Notes: generated by a model from the letters alone, not told the origin. A DNA stretch of 64,000 nucleotides from Octopus sinensis (GCF_006345805.1 NC_043016.1:6014001-6078000); one strand, 5' to 3'; shown: positions 12,425-24,130, counted from the stretch's first letter. Program-made: numbers and translations.

Positions 12425-12716
12425 GGCACAAGGCCTGAAATTTGTGCAACTAGTCGGTTACATCGACCCCAGTGTTTCACTGGTACTTAATTTATTGGCC
12501 CCAAAAAGATGAAAGGCAAAGTCGACTAATAATAATAATTTTTTATTTATTTCTTTACTGCCCACAGGGGGCTAAACATAGAGGGGACAAACAAGGACAG
12601 ACAAAGAGATCAAGTTGATTACATCGACCCCAGTGCGTAACTGGTACTTATTTAATCGACCCCGAAAGGATGAAAGGCAAAGTTGACCTCGGCGGAATTT
12701 GAACTCAGAACGAAAT
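12425..12716 (-). mobile_element. SINE family A, two adjacent partial copies
   Basis: gatgaaaggcaaagtcgac occurs twice; acagaggggacaaacaaggacagacaaa-type tail. Confidence 0.85.
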
Positions 12717-12719
12717 ACG

Positions 12720-13710
12720 GAGTAATTAGATGAAGAACCTGAAACCACTGCCACCAAACAAGCCAAACGGATCAAGCTGATTGCAAAAAAAGAACGGGCA
12801 GAAACAAATTGAGGGGCGTTGGAGCCAGAAGCCCCTGCATCGACAGTGTATTCTTCGATGTCGAAATGCTGATGTAGACCAAGCAACAACCCATCAAGGG
12901 CTGAGAAGATCAAGACTGAATGCAGAGACTGAAGGTTTTCATATTGGCAGCACAAGATCAAAGCTTGCTTACCAAACACTACCAGGCTAACGTTCTTCAA
13001 AACGGTTCTGATCCTAAATGCAGATTCTAAGACACATTTGACGAAATAATTGACCATCTCGTTTCTTGTTCTGTGCTGACACTAAACGAATACAAAATCG
13101 CCCCGATAGGGTAGAACAGTATTTGCATTGGAAAATATATAAACACTACAAACTCGACACTCCTGTTTACTGATATGAACATCATTCTGAGCCAGTTAAT
13201 GTAAAGATGTCACTATCCTCTGACAGAATGATCCAGGATAATCGACCAGACATAATCATTAAAGATAGAGAAGAAAATACTGTAGACTAATAGATAAGTG
13301 TTCCCACTGCTAAAAATATATCTGTAAATGAATTTGACAAATTAAATAAATATAAGCCCTGGAAACTGAAATACAAAATATGTGGCATCTGAAAGCAAGA
13401 ACTGTCTCTCTTATCGTAGATATGATTTTTAAAAAAGTGGTGGGGGGGGGGGGTCAGAAACATTCCAGGAGAACCATGTCTTAGAGAAATCCAAAAGATT
13501 GTGCTAACAAGTACTGCCCATATCCTAAGAAAAACCCTATCAATTTTAATGTCTATGTTATATTAGATGAAGGTATTTCGTTACTGCCCCTGCCACTTCT
13601 CCTTCCCAAGCTTTCGGTCATATTGTGACATTTCTTATCCTTCATTCGCCTTAGGACGCTGGGTGTGTTCCGCCAAGTGATTGTAACAAACGTGCAGATT
13701 AAAAATAAAT
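12720..13710 (+). mobile_element. R4/Dong-clade non-LTR retrotransposon 3' end (CCHC and restriction-like endonuclease), degenerate
   Basis: WSQKPLH..LRCRNADVDQ..THQ.LR.S.L.AETEGF..AAQDQSLLTK.YQANVLQNGSDPKCRF...IDHLVS; later NRPDIIIKD and EIQKIVLTSTAHILRKTLS; ends at (AAT)n. Confidence 0.85.
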
Positions 13711-13713
13711 AAC

Positions 13714-13764
<51 letters not shown>
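13710..13764. repeat. (AAT)n microsatellite shared by two retroelement 3' ends
   Basis: Direct reading of the sequence. Confidence 0.95.
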
Positions 13765-13765
<1 letters not shown>

Positions 13766-14200
13766 TTATTGTATACAGTGATCAGCTGCGCTACAACTCA
13801 CCAGGAAAAGTAACCCAAACTGCATGAACGGTACATAGAATATGCGCAGAAACTGAACAGTGAATAAGTCACAAAATGAACGGGGGTAGAGAGCATCAGG
13901 TGTACGGCAGGTGAATTTCAGGAAGCATGGAAGTTTTGAAAGATGTAGTATCCCAACAGGTAACAACTGATGTGGGTAGTTTATTCCAGTCTTCGGCAAT
14001 TCTGACTGTGAAAAAATGTTTCCGAAAGTCATGTTTTTTTAAAATTTTTTTGTAAGCATGTCCACGGGTGTTAGACATATGGAATTCAATAAGGGGTGCT
14101 AAGGTTGTTGTTGAAAAGAAGATGGATAATCTTGTGTGAGTGTTTACCAAGTCAGCTGCCAAACGTCGGAGCTTTAACTTGTCCATACCCAGGGAAGCAA
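13765..14200 (-). mobile_element. CR1 3' end, same family as 7365-8075
   Basis: EFHMSNTRGHAYKKILKKHDFRKHFFTVRIAEDWNKLPTSVVTCWDTTSFKTSMLPEI. Confidence 0.88.
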
Positions 14201-14204
14201 TATA

Positions 14205-15075
14205 TGAAAGACAACGTACATTCCAGGGAACTTGGCTGTTGTGTATAGCATGAAGAATGGTCGCATATCGGAAAAGTTCCTAGCAATACTTTATATTTTT
14301 ATGAAAATCAATGCAGACTTATTGACAGCAAGAAGAATGACCACATGTGGACAGTTATAAACGCCTTTCAAACTGACTTACCATTTTATATGAAAAACAA
14401 TGCGAATACGAGAACAGTTAGCTCTTATTTCTAGTTTGACGAATGGTCACATGAATATAGTTATTAATGCTTCTTAAATTGTCCTTCAATTTATGTATAA
14501 AAATAACTAAAATTTGAAGACACATGGAGTGAGACCATTTTAATATTGGATAATATTTTTTATAAATGCTTCTTACATTGTCTTTCACGTTTCGTATGAG
14601 AAACGCAAACTTGAAAACAGGGGCTCATTTGTAACATGAAGGATGGTCACATTTGAGGAAAAAAGTCTTAACAATACTTCACAAAGCGTCCTTCAATTTT
14701 TATATGTGAAGTAACGTCAGTATGAGGACATTTGGCTCTTATTTTTAGCATGAAGAATGCTCACACTTCGTATAGAGTCTGTCGATTTTTATATGAAATT
14801 GTAAATTCGAGGACACTTGGCTTTCATTTCTAGCATTAAACATGGCCACATACAGGAAAATTTTCTTTATTATGCTTTGTAAAGCGTCCTTCAATTTACA
14901 TAAGTAAAACAATACAAATTTCAAAGTATTAGACTTATATTCTATAAATGCTTCGTAAAGTATCCCTCTCTTTTTAAATGAAAAAGAAGGTAAGTTTAAG
15001 GGCACTTGTCTGTTGTTCTAGAATGAAAATGGTCAGCTACAGAAAAAAAGTTCTTATAAATACTTCATAATGGGA
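14205..15075 (+). repeat. Degenerate ~110-bp tandem array, block 4
   Basis: About 8 units with the gtccttcaatttttatatgaaaa...aaatttgagg..cttggct..tttctagcatg motif. Confidence 0.8.
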
Positions 15076-15134
15076 TAAGCCCCGCTTTCCCGGGAATTAC
15101 CAGGTACGTCAGCTAGTATATATATATATATGAT

Positions 15135-15795
15135 TGTTGTTGTTGGCATCCTTTTTGTCTCGGGAGACAATGGAGTTGCGCATAAAATAATCTAGTCCGG
15201 CTTTTACATTTCCTGTCCTAATACATTTCCTGCTGTGGCTGTGTAGTCCTATCCTGGACAAACACTCCCTCTGGCAGGTACCGCAAATGTCGCGAAGACT
15301 GTTCCTGGCTGGTTGTAATGCCATAGTCTCTTGTTTACGTCTCTTCCTTTCTTTCCATTTCTCCTCTCTCTCTCTGTCACTCCTTTGTATTCCCTCTTTT
15401 ACGGTACGTCGCCAATCTCCACGGTTGCTGGCAACTGCTTCCCAGTTGCTAATATTGATGTTGCAGGCCTTCATGTCCCTTTTCCAAACATCCTTGTATC
15501 GTAAGAACGGTCTTCCCACAGACCTAGTGCCCCTAGCAAGCTCTCCGTAGAGTATGTCCTTGGAGATTCTGCCATCTTCCATACGGATAACATGTCCAAG
15601 CCATCTCATACTCTCCAAATGAGCATGGGACAACAATAAGCTGACCAAGACCACAAAAATGAAGATTTACCAGGCATGTGTACTTAGCACTCTCTGGAAG
15701 TGAGACTTGGACGCCATACATACGCCAAGAGCGTCGCCTAAATATCTTTCACCTGTGCTGCCTCCGGAAAATCCTTGGCATCAAATGGCAGAATC
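15135..15795 (-). mobile_element. RTE LINE 3' end with inverted 5' segment (twin-priming structure)
   Basis: Minus strand 15610-15135: MRWLGHVIRMEDGRISKDILYGEL...CLSRIGLHSHSRKC plus (AAC)n tail. Plus strand 15611-15795: LSK*AWDNNKLTKTTKMKIYQACVLST..SETWTPYIRQERRLNIFHLCCLRKILGIKWQNHI. TSD atatatatgat at 15124-15134 and 15796-15806. Confidence 0.9.
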
Positions 15796-15839
15796 ATATA
15801 TATGATACTGTACATTTTATAATATATATATATGTGTGT

Positions 15840-16005
15840 GTAAGGCAGGCTTTTTTCAGTTTCCGTCTACCAAATCCATGCACAAGACTTTGGAGGCTTG
15901 AGGTTATAATAGAAGACACTTACCCAAAGTGCCACACAGTGGACCTGAACCCAGAACCATGTGATTAGGTAGGAAACGTCTTACCATACAGTCACATTCG
16001 CGCCT
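15840..16005 (-). mobile_element. SINE family B, head and core fragment
   Basis: ttcagtttccgtctaccaaatcca...agaagacacttacccaaagtgccacacagtgg. Confidence 0.8.
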
Positions 16006-16164
16006 AATTAGTAATTAGAGTAATTAGTGATTAATAAATAAGTTTGTATTCAACATACATTTCCCTAATTTTTCAAGCCTTTTGCTAAAGGAAGAGAACT
16101 ATAAAGAAAAAATATGAGTCGCTTCCCTTACAAAATAATGATCCCTCTTACTTTTTTTCCAAAA

Positions 16165-17165
16165 GACAATGTAAATCGCAGAGAATTTGGCTGTTGTATC
16201 TTGCACAAAGAATAGCCATACGCGAGAAAAGTTTTTATAAATGCTTCGGAAAACGTCCTTCAAATTTTAGATATAATCAATACAAATTTGAGTGCATTTA
16301 TCTTTTATTTCAAGCACGAATAATGGTCTATAATGAGTGATTTATAAAGTGTCCGTCAATTTTTATATGAAAGACAACATAAATTTCAGGGTACTTGGCT
16401 GTTATTTCTATCATGAAATATAACTACATATGGAGAAAATAATTATAAAGGCTTCTGGAACTGTTCTTCAATTTGATACGAAAATCAATGCGAATTTGAG
16501 GGGTGTTTGGTCATTATTTTTAGTATGTGAGGCTACTTATAGGATTTTTTTTTTAAATTCAAATAGTTCCTTTAATACTCATAAGAAAAGTAACGCAAAC
16601 TTAAATGTACTTCGCTGATGTTTCTAGCATTATGACTGATCACATAAAGTCAATCGTTCACTTTTATACGAAAAACAACACAAATTTTAGGGTACTTGAC
16701 TCTTGTTTCCAGAATGATGTGATACTACCTATAGGACAAATTGTTTTATATATACTTCTTATTGTGTCCTTCAGTTTTATGTGATAACAACAAGAATTTT
16801 GGGTGACCTAGTTGTTATTCATTGCATAGCGTGTGGCCATATATTGGAAACTATTATTTTTTTTAATATTATTATTTCTTAAATTGTCTTTCAATCTTAT
16901 ATGAAAACCATGCATACTTGAGAGCACTTGGCTGGTATTTTTAGCCTTATGTGAGACCTCCTACGGGACAATATTTGTAAGAAATACTTCCTAAAGTCTC
17001 CTTCAATTTCTATTCGAAAAATAGCAAATTTCAAAGTACTAAGCTGTTATTTCTAGCTTTGTGTGAGACTTCGTATTTGTTGCGTAAATGCATCTTAAAG
17101 TGTCTTTCAATTTTCATGTGGAAAACTTAGCTGTTATTTCTAACATGATGCGAAACCACTTATAG
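16165..17165 (+). repeat. Degenerate ~110-bp tandem array, block 5
   Basis: About 10 units; marker at about 16283, 16381, 16492, 16598, 16682, 16795, 16913 and 17026. Confidence 0.8.
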
Positions 17166-17184
17166 GTTATATATTTATGTATGT

Positions 17185-17361
17185 ATAAGAGGAGAGAGGC
17201 GGAAAGGAGGAGGAGTGATATATATGAGATAAGAGGGAGAGAGAGAGAGAGAGAGAGAGAGAAAACAGACAGACAGATAGAAATAGAAACAGAAAGAGTG
17301 GGGGAAAGAGAAAGTAGACTGACAGATGCAGGCAAAGAGAGAGAGAGGCAGACACAGAGAG

Positions 17362-17392
<31 letters not shown>

Positions 17393-17782
17393 TCAAGCGA
17401 GAAACAGAACGAGAGAAAAAGAATGAAACAGATAAGACAGATAAGGCTAGAGACAGACGGATACATAAACATAGAGGTAGAAAGACAGTGAGAGAGAGAG
17501 ACAGAGACGAGCAAACAGGTATAGAGAGAAAGACATGAACCAAAGACAGCGAGAAACAGAGACAGACTGACGGATAGAGAGACCGCCAGTGAGAGAGAGA
17601 AAGTGAAAGAGGGAGACAGAGAGGGAGTAACAGGCAGATTGTCGGACAGACAGATAGACAGTCAGTGTCCCATCTCATACGATCAACCATTTGTTTCATT
17701 AAGCCTTCTCTCATATTTCCTTATATCACTCACACTTTGTGATGTTTGTATAGGATAAAGTATACCTTTTACTTTATCTACA

Positions 17783-17814
<32 letters not shown>

Positions 17815-18170
17815 CTTCCTTTTCTCTCTGTTTCTCTCTCTCTTTCTCTTTCTCCTTCTTTCTCTCTCTCTCTGCCGCTGATCTACAAAGAAAGACGTGC
17901 CTTGCTAGGTCACTTAAAGTGCTAGAAACAGCAGTAAAACCTTGACAAAGATATAGAGAGAATCAGAGAGAGAAAAAGAGACAGACAAGCAGATAGGCAG
18001 GCAGAGAGAGAGGACAGGCAGAGAGATAGAGAGACAGACAGACAGCAACGAACAGACTGTGAATGCTGAGACAGAGGGAAAGACTGACGGACAGATCGAG
18101 AGAGAGAGAGAGAGAGAGATAAAGAGAGAGACAGAGAGAGAAATAGAAAGACATGAAAAGAAGATCACCG
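17185..18170. repeat. Compound (GA)n/(GACA)n/(CT)n low-complexity tract
   Basis: Direct reading; a CT block at about 17780-17875 opposes the GA blocks. Confidence 0.9.
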
Positions 18171-18225
18171 ATTAAAACCCAAGGACAAGTCAAGAAGACA
18201 TTTGACACTGATTTTATTTTAACTA

Positions 18226-18734
18226 TCTATATATATAAACTGTAGTTGTGTGAGTGTCTGTCCCCTTCGATTTAGATTCCTAACTACTCCCACATTTTGC
18301 GGTGCAGTTTAACCAAATTCGGGTATCTTATAGTCGTGATTAATATCGAGCCCGTCTGAGTATTAGCGCGCGTCTATGATGAGTCTACGATTTTAAAAAT
18401 AATTTACCATCAATTTTTATTCCATTTTAATGCATAATTTTTCGTGTGTTGATGGCGGCGGAGTTGGCGTCCATGGTCACACCTGCACCTGTTTGCTTCT
18501 CCCCCTTCTTCCCTCCCTCGTGAAGCTGTGGGGAAGGGAGTGTAAGGAAATCAACGTCGTAAAGCGTTGTCAAGGAGACCAGCGTTCTTTTAGACAACGA
18601 CTTCATGGCTTGAAGACACCAAAACAGAAATGGCTAAGAAAGCCCGAATTGGCATCTATAAGGAAGTAACTCTCTAAAAATGCTATATAGTCATTTCCCT
18701 TACAAACCCGAGCAACGCCGGGCGATACTGCTAG
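18226..18734 (+). mobile_element. Non-autonomous Helitron, copy 1 (509 bp)
   Basis: 5' A|TCtatatatataa; 3' hairpin cccgagcaacgccggg then gatactgCTAG. Confidence 0.85.
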
Positions 18735-19132
18735 TCTTTATATATAAAAGAGAGGTTGTGTGCTGTCTGTCTCCTACGATTTAGATTCCTAACTACTCCC
18801 ACATTTTGCGGTACAGTTTAACCAAAACCGGGTATCTTATAGTCGTGATTCATATCGAGCCTTCTGGGTATTAGCGCGCGTCTACGATGAGTCTACGATT
18901 TAAAAAAAAATTTACCATCATTTTTTTCCATTTTAAGGCATTTTTTCGCTATTATATAAGGGAAGTAACTCTCTAAAAATGTCTGCGATGAATCAACGAT
19001 TTAAAAAAAAATTACCATCATTTGTTTCCCATTTTTAATGCATTTTTTGCTATTTTTTGGCTATAACTCTCTAAAAATGTTTATATAGTTATTTCCCTTA
19101 CAAACCCGAGCAACGCCGGGCGATACTGCTAG
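18735..19132 (+). mobile_element. Non-autonomous Helitron, copy 2 (398 bp), directly abutting copy 1
   Basis: Junction CTAG|TC with no spacer; same 3' hairpin and CTAG|T end. Confidence 0.85.
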
Positions 19133-19277
19133 TAGAATATAAAACAAGTAAATCTTTTAGAACATTGTTATTTTATAAGATTTTAATGACAAATATTTAA
19201 ATTAATATAAACATTTATCTACATGAAAGAAAATCACCGCAGAACTTTCATCTAATTCTTCCAAATCTTTCTGCTCG

Positions 19278-19687
19278 GGATCTTTTCGGTTTGAACGGCA
19301 GTTTTTTAAAATAATTTTCTACGTAACTAAAACATTTCAAACTTCGTATACTGGTAGAATGTGTTTATAAAACATCTTTTTCTCTTGGCTTAATTGAGAA
19401 AATTCTATAGTTTGTAAGATATTTGTTGTTTTTCTTCTTCAATTTCTGCAATTTCAACCAATCAGTGACGTCTATTGAGGTGAAAACATTCTGTGCCGTA
19501 TGAATATGTCCCTCGTTTAAGAAACAGATTGGGTTTATTTACATTTGTGAAGAAAAAAAGATGCCCTTCCCCCCCCCCCAACCCTAAAACAGATTGAAAT
19601 GCAATAGATTGATACTAGGGTCATAATTATGGGTGACAATTTCATATGACACCGCTAGAAAAAACTGCCGTTCAAACCGAAAAGGTT
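19278..19687 (+). mobile_element. MITE with GGATCTTTTCGGTTTGAACGGCAG terminal inverted repeats
   Basis: TIRs at both ends; near 8-bp TSD tctgctcg/tctgcttg; same family at 43918-44333. Confidence 0.85.
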
Positions 19688-19719
19688 TCTGCTTGTAGTG
19701 AAAGCATTTGTGAGAATTT

Positions 19720-20075
19720 TTTCTTTTTCTTTTTTTATCACAGCAAATGGTCGCACACCACAAGGTTTAACAGCATCTACTGAAACAACCAGCACGTTCG
19801 CAGCATTACCACGCACGATGGCGAGGCTAAGGCGCGGAGAAAGCCAAGCACCCTCACGGGCTTCACCTGAGGCGAGCTGCCAACGTTGACAAGAACTTCG
19901 CGGTGAGTGGTTCGTCGGCCCAGTCCCAGGTTGAAAGAGGTAATTCACTGTCAGATCCCGATACTTCAGGATTTTCTTCCGTTCGTCTACGGAAGCAGTG
20001 ACCGTCCCATTAACTGCAACATCAAGGATATAGGAGAGGAAAAGGCGTCACAGACTGTGACACCCCAAATGAGGC
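19720..20075 (-). mobile_element. CRE-like (RLE-type) non-LTR retrotransposon C-terminal fragment
   Basis: KILKYRDLTVNYLFQP...AREGAWLSPRLSLAIVRGNAANVL; paralogous to 47880-48380. Confidence 0.7.
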
Positions 20076-20184
20076 ACCTACGTCTAACCCAAGGACAGCG
20101 GACGAAACGTCACTCAGCGTTTTTTTCCCCCGGCGTGCTTATCGATTCTGCCGGCTCACCGCCTTAACTTCCGTTTATATCAAA

Positions 20185-20582
20185 CTAGCAGTATCGCCCG
20201 GCGTTGCTCGGGTTTGTAAGGGAAATAACTATATAAGCATTTTTAGAGAGTTATAGCCAAAAAGTAGCAAAAAAAGGCATTAAAAATGGAAAACAAATGA
20301 TGGTAATTTTTTTTTAAATCGTTGACTCATCTTAGACATTTTTAGAGAGTCACTTCCCTTATATAATAGCATAAAAAATGTATTAAAATGGAAAAAAATG
20401 ATGGTAAATTTTTTTTTTAATCGTTGCCTCATCGTAGACGCGCGCTAATACCCAGAAGGGCTCGATATGAATCATGACTATAAGATACCCGGTTTTGGTT
20501 AAACTGCACAGCAAAATGTGGGAGTAGTTAGGAATCTAAATCGTAGGAGACAGACACACAACCTTACTTTTATATATAAAGA
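20185..20582 (-). mobile_element. Non-autonomous Helitron, copy 3 (398 bp), inverted relative to copy 2
   Basis: Reverse complement of 18735-19132 with TC and CTAG termini. Confidence 0.85.
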
Positions 20583-20632
20583 TATTTCATTTTCACCGAA
20601 ATCAGTTTTATCTATTTTGTTATTTGGCGTAA

Positions 20633-20805
20633 CTTCGGTATAGGTACCGGAAGTACCGGATACATTTCAACAGTGTTTTTTATATATATATATGGGGGGT
20701 TAGGGTTAGGGGTAGGAGAAAAGGGTTTCTGTTATCTTCAGAAATGTAAACAAAGCCACTTCTGGTACTTACGGTATCTATACCGAAGGATCGCCTGTTA
20801 TTTGT
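20633..20805. mobile_element. Small MITE with ~28-bp imperfect TIRs
   Basis: cttcggtataggtaccggaagtaccgga ... tctggtacttacggtatctataccgaag; interior resembles part of the GGATC-TIR MITE. Confidence 0.6.
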
Positions 20806-20999
20806 GTGTGTGTGTGTTGGGGGTGTCTGTATGTGATGGTTTGATTCTGTTCCTATCAACAAACGAACACTAATACGCTTCAAATAAAAAGCATTCGCAT
20901 CAATCTCACGAAGGCCCGAAACTTCGAAGTCCCTGTCACCCCTCTTCTTGTTAAATTTTAATAAAGATGTGCAACGTCTCATCGTTTTTCTATAGGCGA

Positions 21000-21356
21000 G
21001 GCGCAGGCGTGGCTGTGTGGTAAGAAGTTTGATTCCGAACCACATGGTTCCGGGTTCAGTCCCACTGTTTGGCACCTTGGGCAAGTGTCTTCTACTATAG
21101 CCTCGCACCGACGAAAGCCTTGTGAATTGGTTTGGTAGACGGAAACTGAAAGAATCCCGTTGTGTGTGTGTATCTATCCTCCCCTCCCATCACTTGACAA
21201 CCAATGTTGGTGTGTTTACTTCTTCGTATCTTAGCGGTTCGGCAAAAGGGATCCGATAGAATAATTACTAGACCTTACAAAGAATAAGTCCTGAGGTCGA
21301 TTTCTTCGACTAAAAACCCTTTTAGGCGGTGCTCCGGCATGGCCGCAGTTAAATGA
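21000..21356 (+). mobile_element. SINE family B, near full length
   Basis: tRNA-like head ggcgtggctgtgtggtaagaag...gggttcagtcccact; core ggcaccttgggcaagtgtcttctactatagcc. Confidence 0.9.
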
Positions 21357-21411
21357 GGCATCTGTTCTGTTTGGCTGCCACTTTTCAATTTCTTCAATTT
21401 TTGTTCCAATT

Positions 21412-22484
21412 GTTATTTCGTGTTAAAATTGTCGTATTTGGGTAATTTTAACCTGTCAACGACGTGTATTCGGTTGAAGAAAGCTACTGCTATTTGCGAT
21501 AGTAATCGAAGAGGAACAACCTCCGGGTCATCTCTGCTAAATGGCACCATTCTGTTCTATTTTATTTTTTGTTTACTGTCTGTATTAATGACACGCTTTT
21601 TTTTTTTTTTTAGGTTCTCGCGTCGGAATAACCAATAAACATCGAAGAATCAACACCAAGAAGGAAGAAATATTATTTACATATATTTATTCGTTAGCCC
21701 GACAACGGTATTTAAGCCACAGGGCCAAATTTGGGGGAGAATTTTGGTTTTATTCACGCATAAAGCGCGCCGGTGTTTAAAGGATCTATGGAGCTACGGG
21801 TTCGCAGCTAGCTTTTTTGTTGTTTACGTGTATGTAGCTTCAAAATGCCTTATTTTACAACTATCAGATGTATTGTTATTGTTACGATTTTATCTTACTA
21901 CAATCAACAACAAACACATTTCGTCAACTTAAAAGTTTTTATTGGATTTTAAAGTAAAACAAAATAAATATCCTTTGTTTCCTTCCAGGTACCAATATAC
22001 TGTAGCAGTAGTCATCTTTCACATTGTCCACCGACCGACCATTCCCCTGAAAAAATCAATGGAATCAGTCGATCTCCATACACAAATTATTTTCCTCCTG
22101 AAACTGATAAAAGAAAAAGGACACATATTAGGCGCACCTTTCTATAAGTCGCACACTAAATTTTCCAGGGAAAAAAAACGGCTTATACATCGGAAAATAC
22201 AGTAATTGTAGTGGCAGTGACAAGTTCGCTCACTGGCTGGAAGTTGATAGTGTAGAAGTGGTTGTCTGCCAGTAGAGAGGGAAAGAGTAAGGAATACACG
22301 GTGCTGACTAGAAAGGAAGAAAGGATAACATACGAATAGAACCTAGTCGTAACATTTAGTAGAGATGACCCCAAAAGTTGTTCCTCTTCGATTACTATCG
22401 CAAACAGCAGTAGCTTTCTTCAACTGAATACACATCGTTGGTTGGTTAAAATTACCAAATACGACAACTTTAACACGAAATAAC
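21412..22484. mobile_element. ~1.07-kb element bounded by 132-bp inverted repeats (foldback or Mutator-like?)
   Basis: Arms 21412-21543 and 22353-22484 are reverse complements with scattered mismatches; no clear TSD; no transposase seen. Confidence 0.65.
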
Positions 22485-23725
22485 TTCTAAAATAGGAAAT
22501 TTTGTCAAAAATGTTCAAAATAAACCTTGTTCTGCGTGAGAAGAATACGAAGTATACGAGTATACGAAGTTTCAAACTGTTTAGTTTCAAAAAATTAATT
22601 AAAAAATCTGTGATCCAAGCTGAACAGATCTTGTTTGAGTTGTTATTAGAGACTTAATTTATTGTTCATGTTATGGTATGTTTCTGCGATTTCTCTTTAT
22701 GAAAACAGTAGTGTATGTCTAGAGTGCAGTTGTGTATTTGTGTCTAAGTGTAAATGTATGAAAGAAGATTTTGTGTCGAAAGTTAAAGCGGAGAATAAGG
22801 GTGCATAATCCACAGAAGAGTGTGTGAAGAGAGGGGGATAAGAAGTAATAGTAAGTTGATTATTTATGCTAAAAACGTAAACAGTATGATGTTGTGAGTA
22901 GAGAATTAAGGAGATATAAATGGAAGAGAGATTTGTCAGTACATACTGAAATAGAGTTGCCTGGCAGAGAACTTCAGATTCATGAAATATGGCTTAGATG
23001 GAGATTGTACGTAGGCAACATAAGTTGAAGATTTTTCTCACATCAAGAAACGGTTTCAATGTTTGTTAGCGCCATGTGCAACGGCTTACAACGGCTTATA
23101 CACCGGCTTGTATCAGCATTCTAAAGATGGCAGAGGAGAGAAGACATATGGAATGGTAAAGATACAGGAGAGAGGGAGACTAAAAGACAGTGGACACGGA
23201 AGAGTTTAAAGGGCACAAAAAGGGAGGAGATAGTAACGCAGAGAAAGAGAGAAAATACAAAAATGATTACTATACAGAGACGAAAGTGAGGAGAAACAGC
23301 AGAAGATAGGAGAACAGAACAGAAGCGGGAAAGCACGCTGAAAAAGATGGAAACCGGTTGGTTATATGAGGAAGTCATCGATTTCAATTGTTTAAGAGAC
23401 AATTTACGGAATTATGACAGTTTTGTGAGTGAAGAAGTATTAGATGCAAATGTTGAAAGATGTTGCTATTGATGTATGCTATTTCTGTTGGAATATTATG
23501 CTGAGAGATGATGTTAAATTTAGCAATGATTCCAGGAAAAATTTATATATTTATTTTTGAAATGTTATGACTTCATTTTCTATTTTTAATGCGTTTAACA
23601 ATTGATGTTATCTGACAAATTTTGTCTTTAATCCACTGTTTTTCATGACTCACTGTTACAAGGAGTTAATCTATTTAAGGGCGATCTATTGGATAAAGTA
23701 CTGGGTAACTGTATACCCCAATATT

Positions 23726-24130
23726 GGATCTTTTCACTTTGACCGGCAGATTTAAAAAATAATTTCTTTGCAACTAAACACTTTTAAACTTCGTTACATA
23801 AAACATCTTTTTCTCTTGGCTTTCTTGAGAAAATTCTGTAGTTTGTAAGCTATTTGTTGTTAAATTTCTTGCATTTCGGCAATTTCAACCAATCAATGAC
23901 GTCTATTGAGGTGAATACAATTTCTGCTGTTGTTTGTCAACAAGTTCAACAAGAACTTCCGGCGGTGTAGCTGTTACTTATAAACCCACGTGGGTTTATT
24001 TACATTTCTGAAGAAAAGAGAAGCCCTTCCCCTCACCCCTAAGCCTCACCCTAACTCCACAATCTTTTATTCATACGAACGTGACTGATATGAAATATGT
24101 CATAAATAACAGTGACAAACTAGAGACCGC
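23726..24130 (+). mobile_element. Older, diverged copy of the GGATC-TIR MITE
   Basis: ggatcttttcactttgaccggcag...aaacatctttttctcttggc...caaccaatcaatgacgtctattgaggtga. Confidence 0.75.

Noticed and set aside
7065-17165. CRISPR-like or protein-coding (zinc-finger) interpretation of the ~110-bp array
   Set aside because: No constant repeat with unique spacers, no cas genes and eukaryotic context; unit lengths are variable and not multiples of three, with no C2H2 pattern.
17114-18208. Ser/Leu- or Arg/Glu-rich ORFs
   Set aside because: Translations of GA/CT low-complexity sequence.
20680-21108. 142-aa minus-strand ORF
   Set aside because: Composite of SINE B antisense, unique filler and (CA)n; no recognisable domain.
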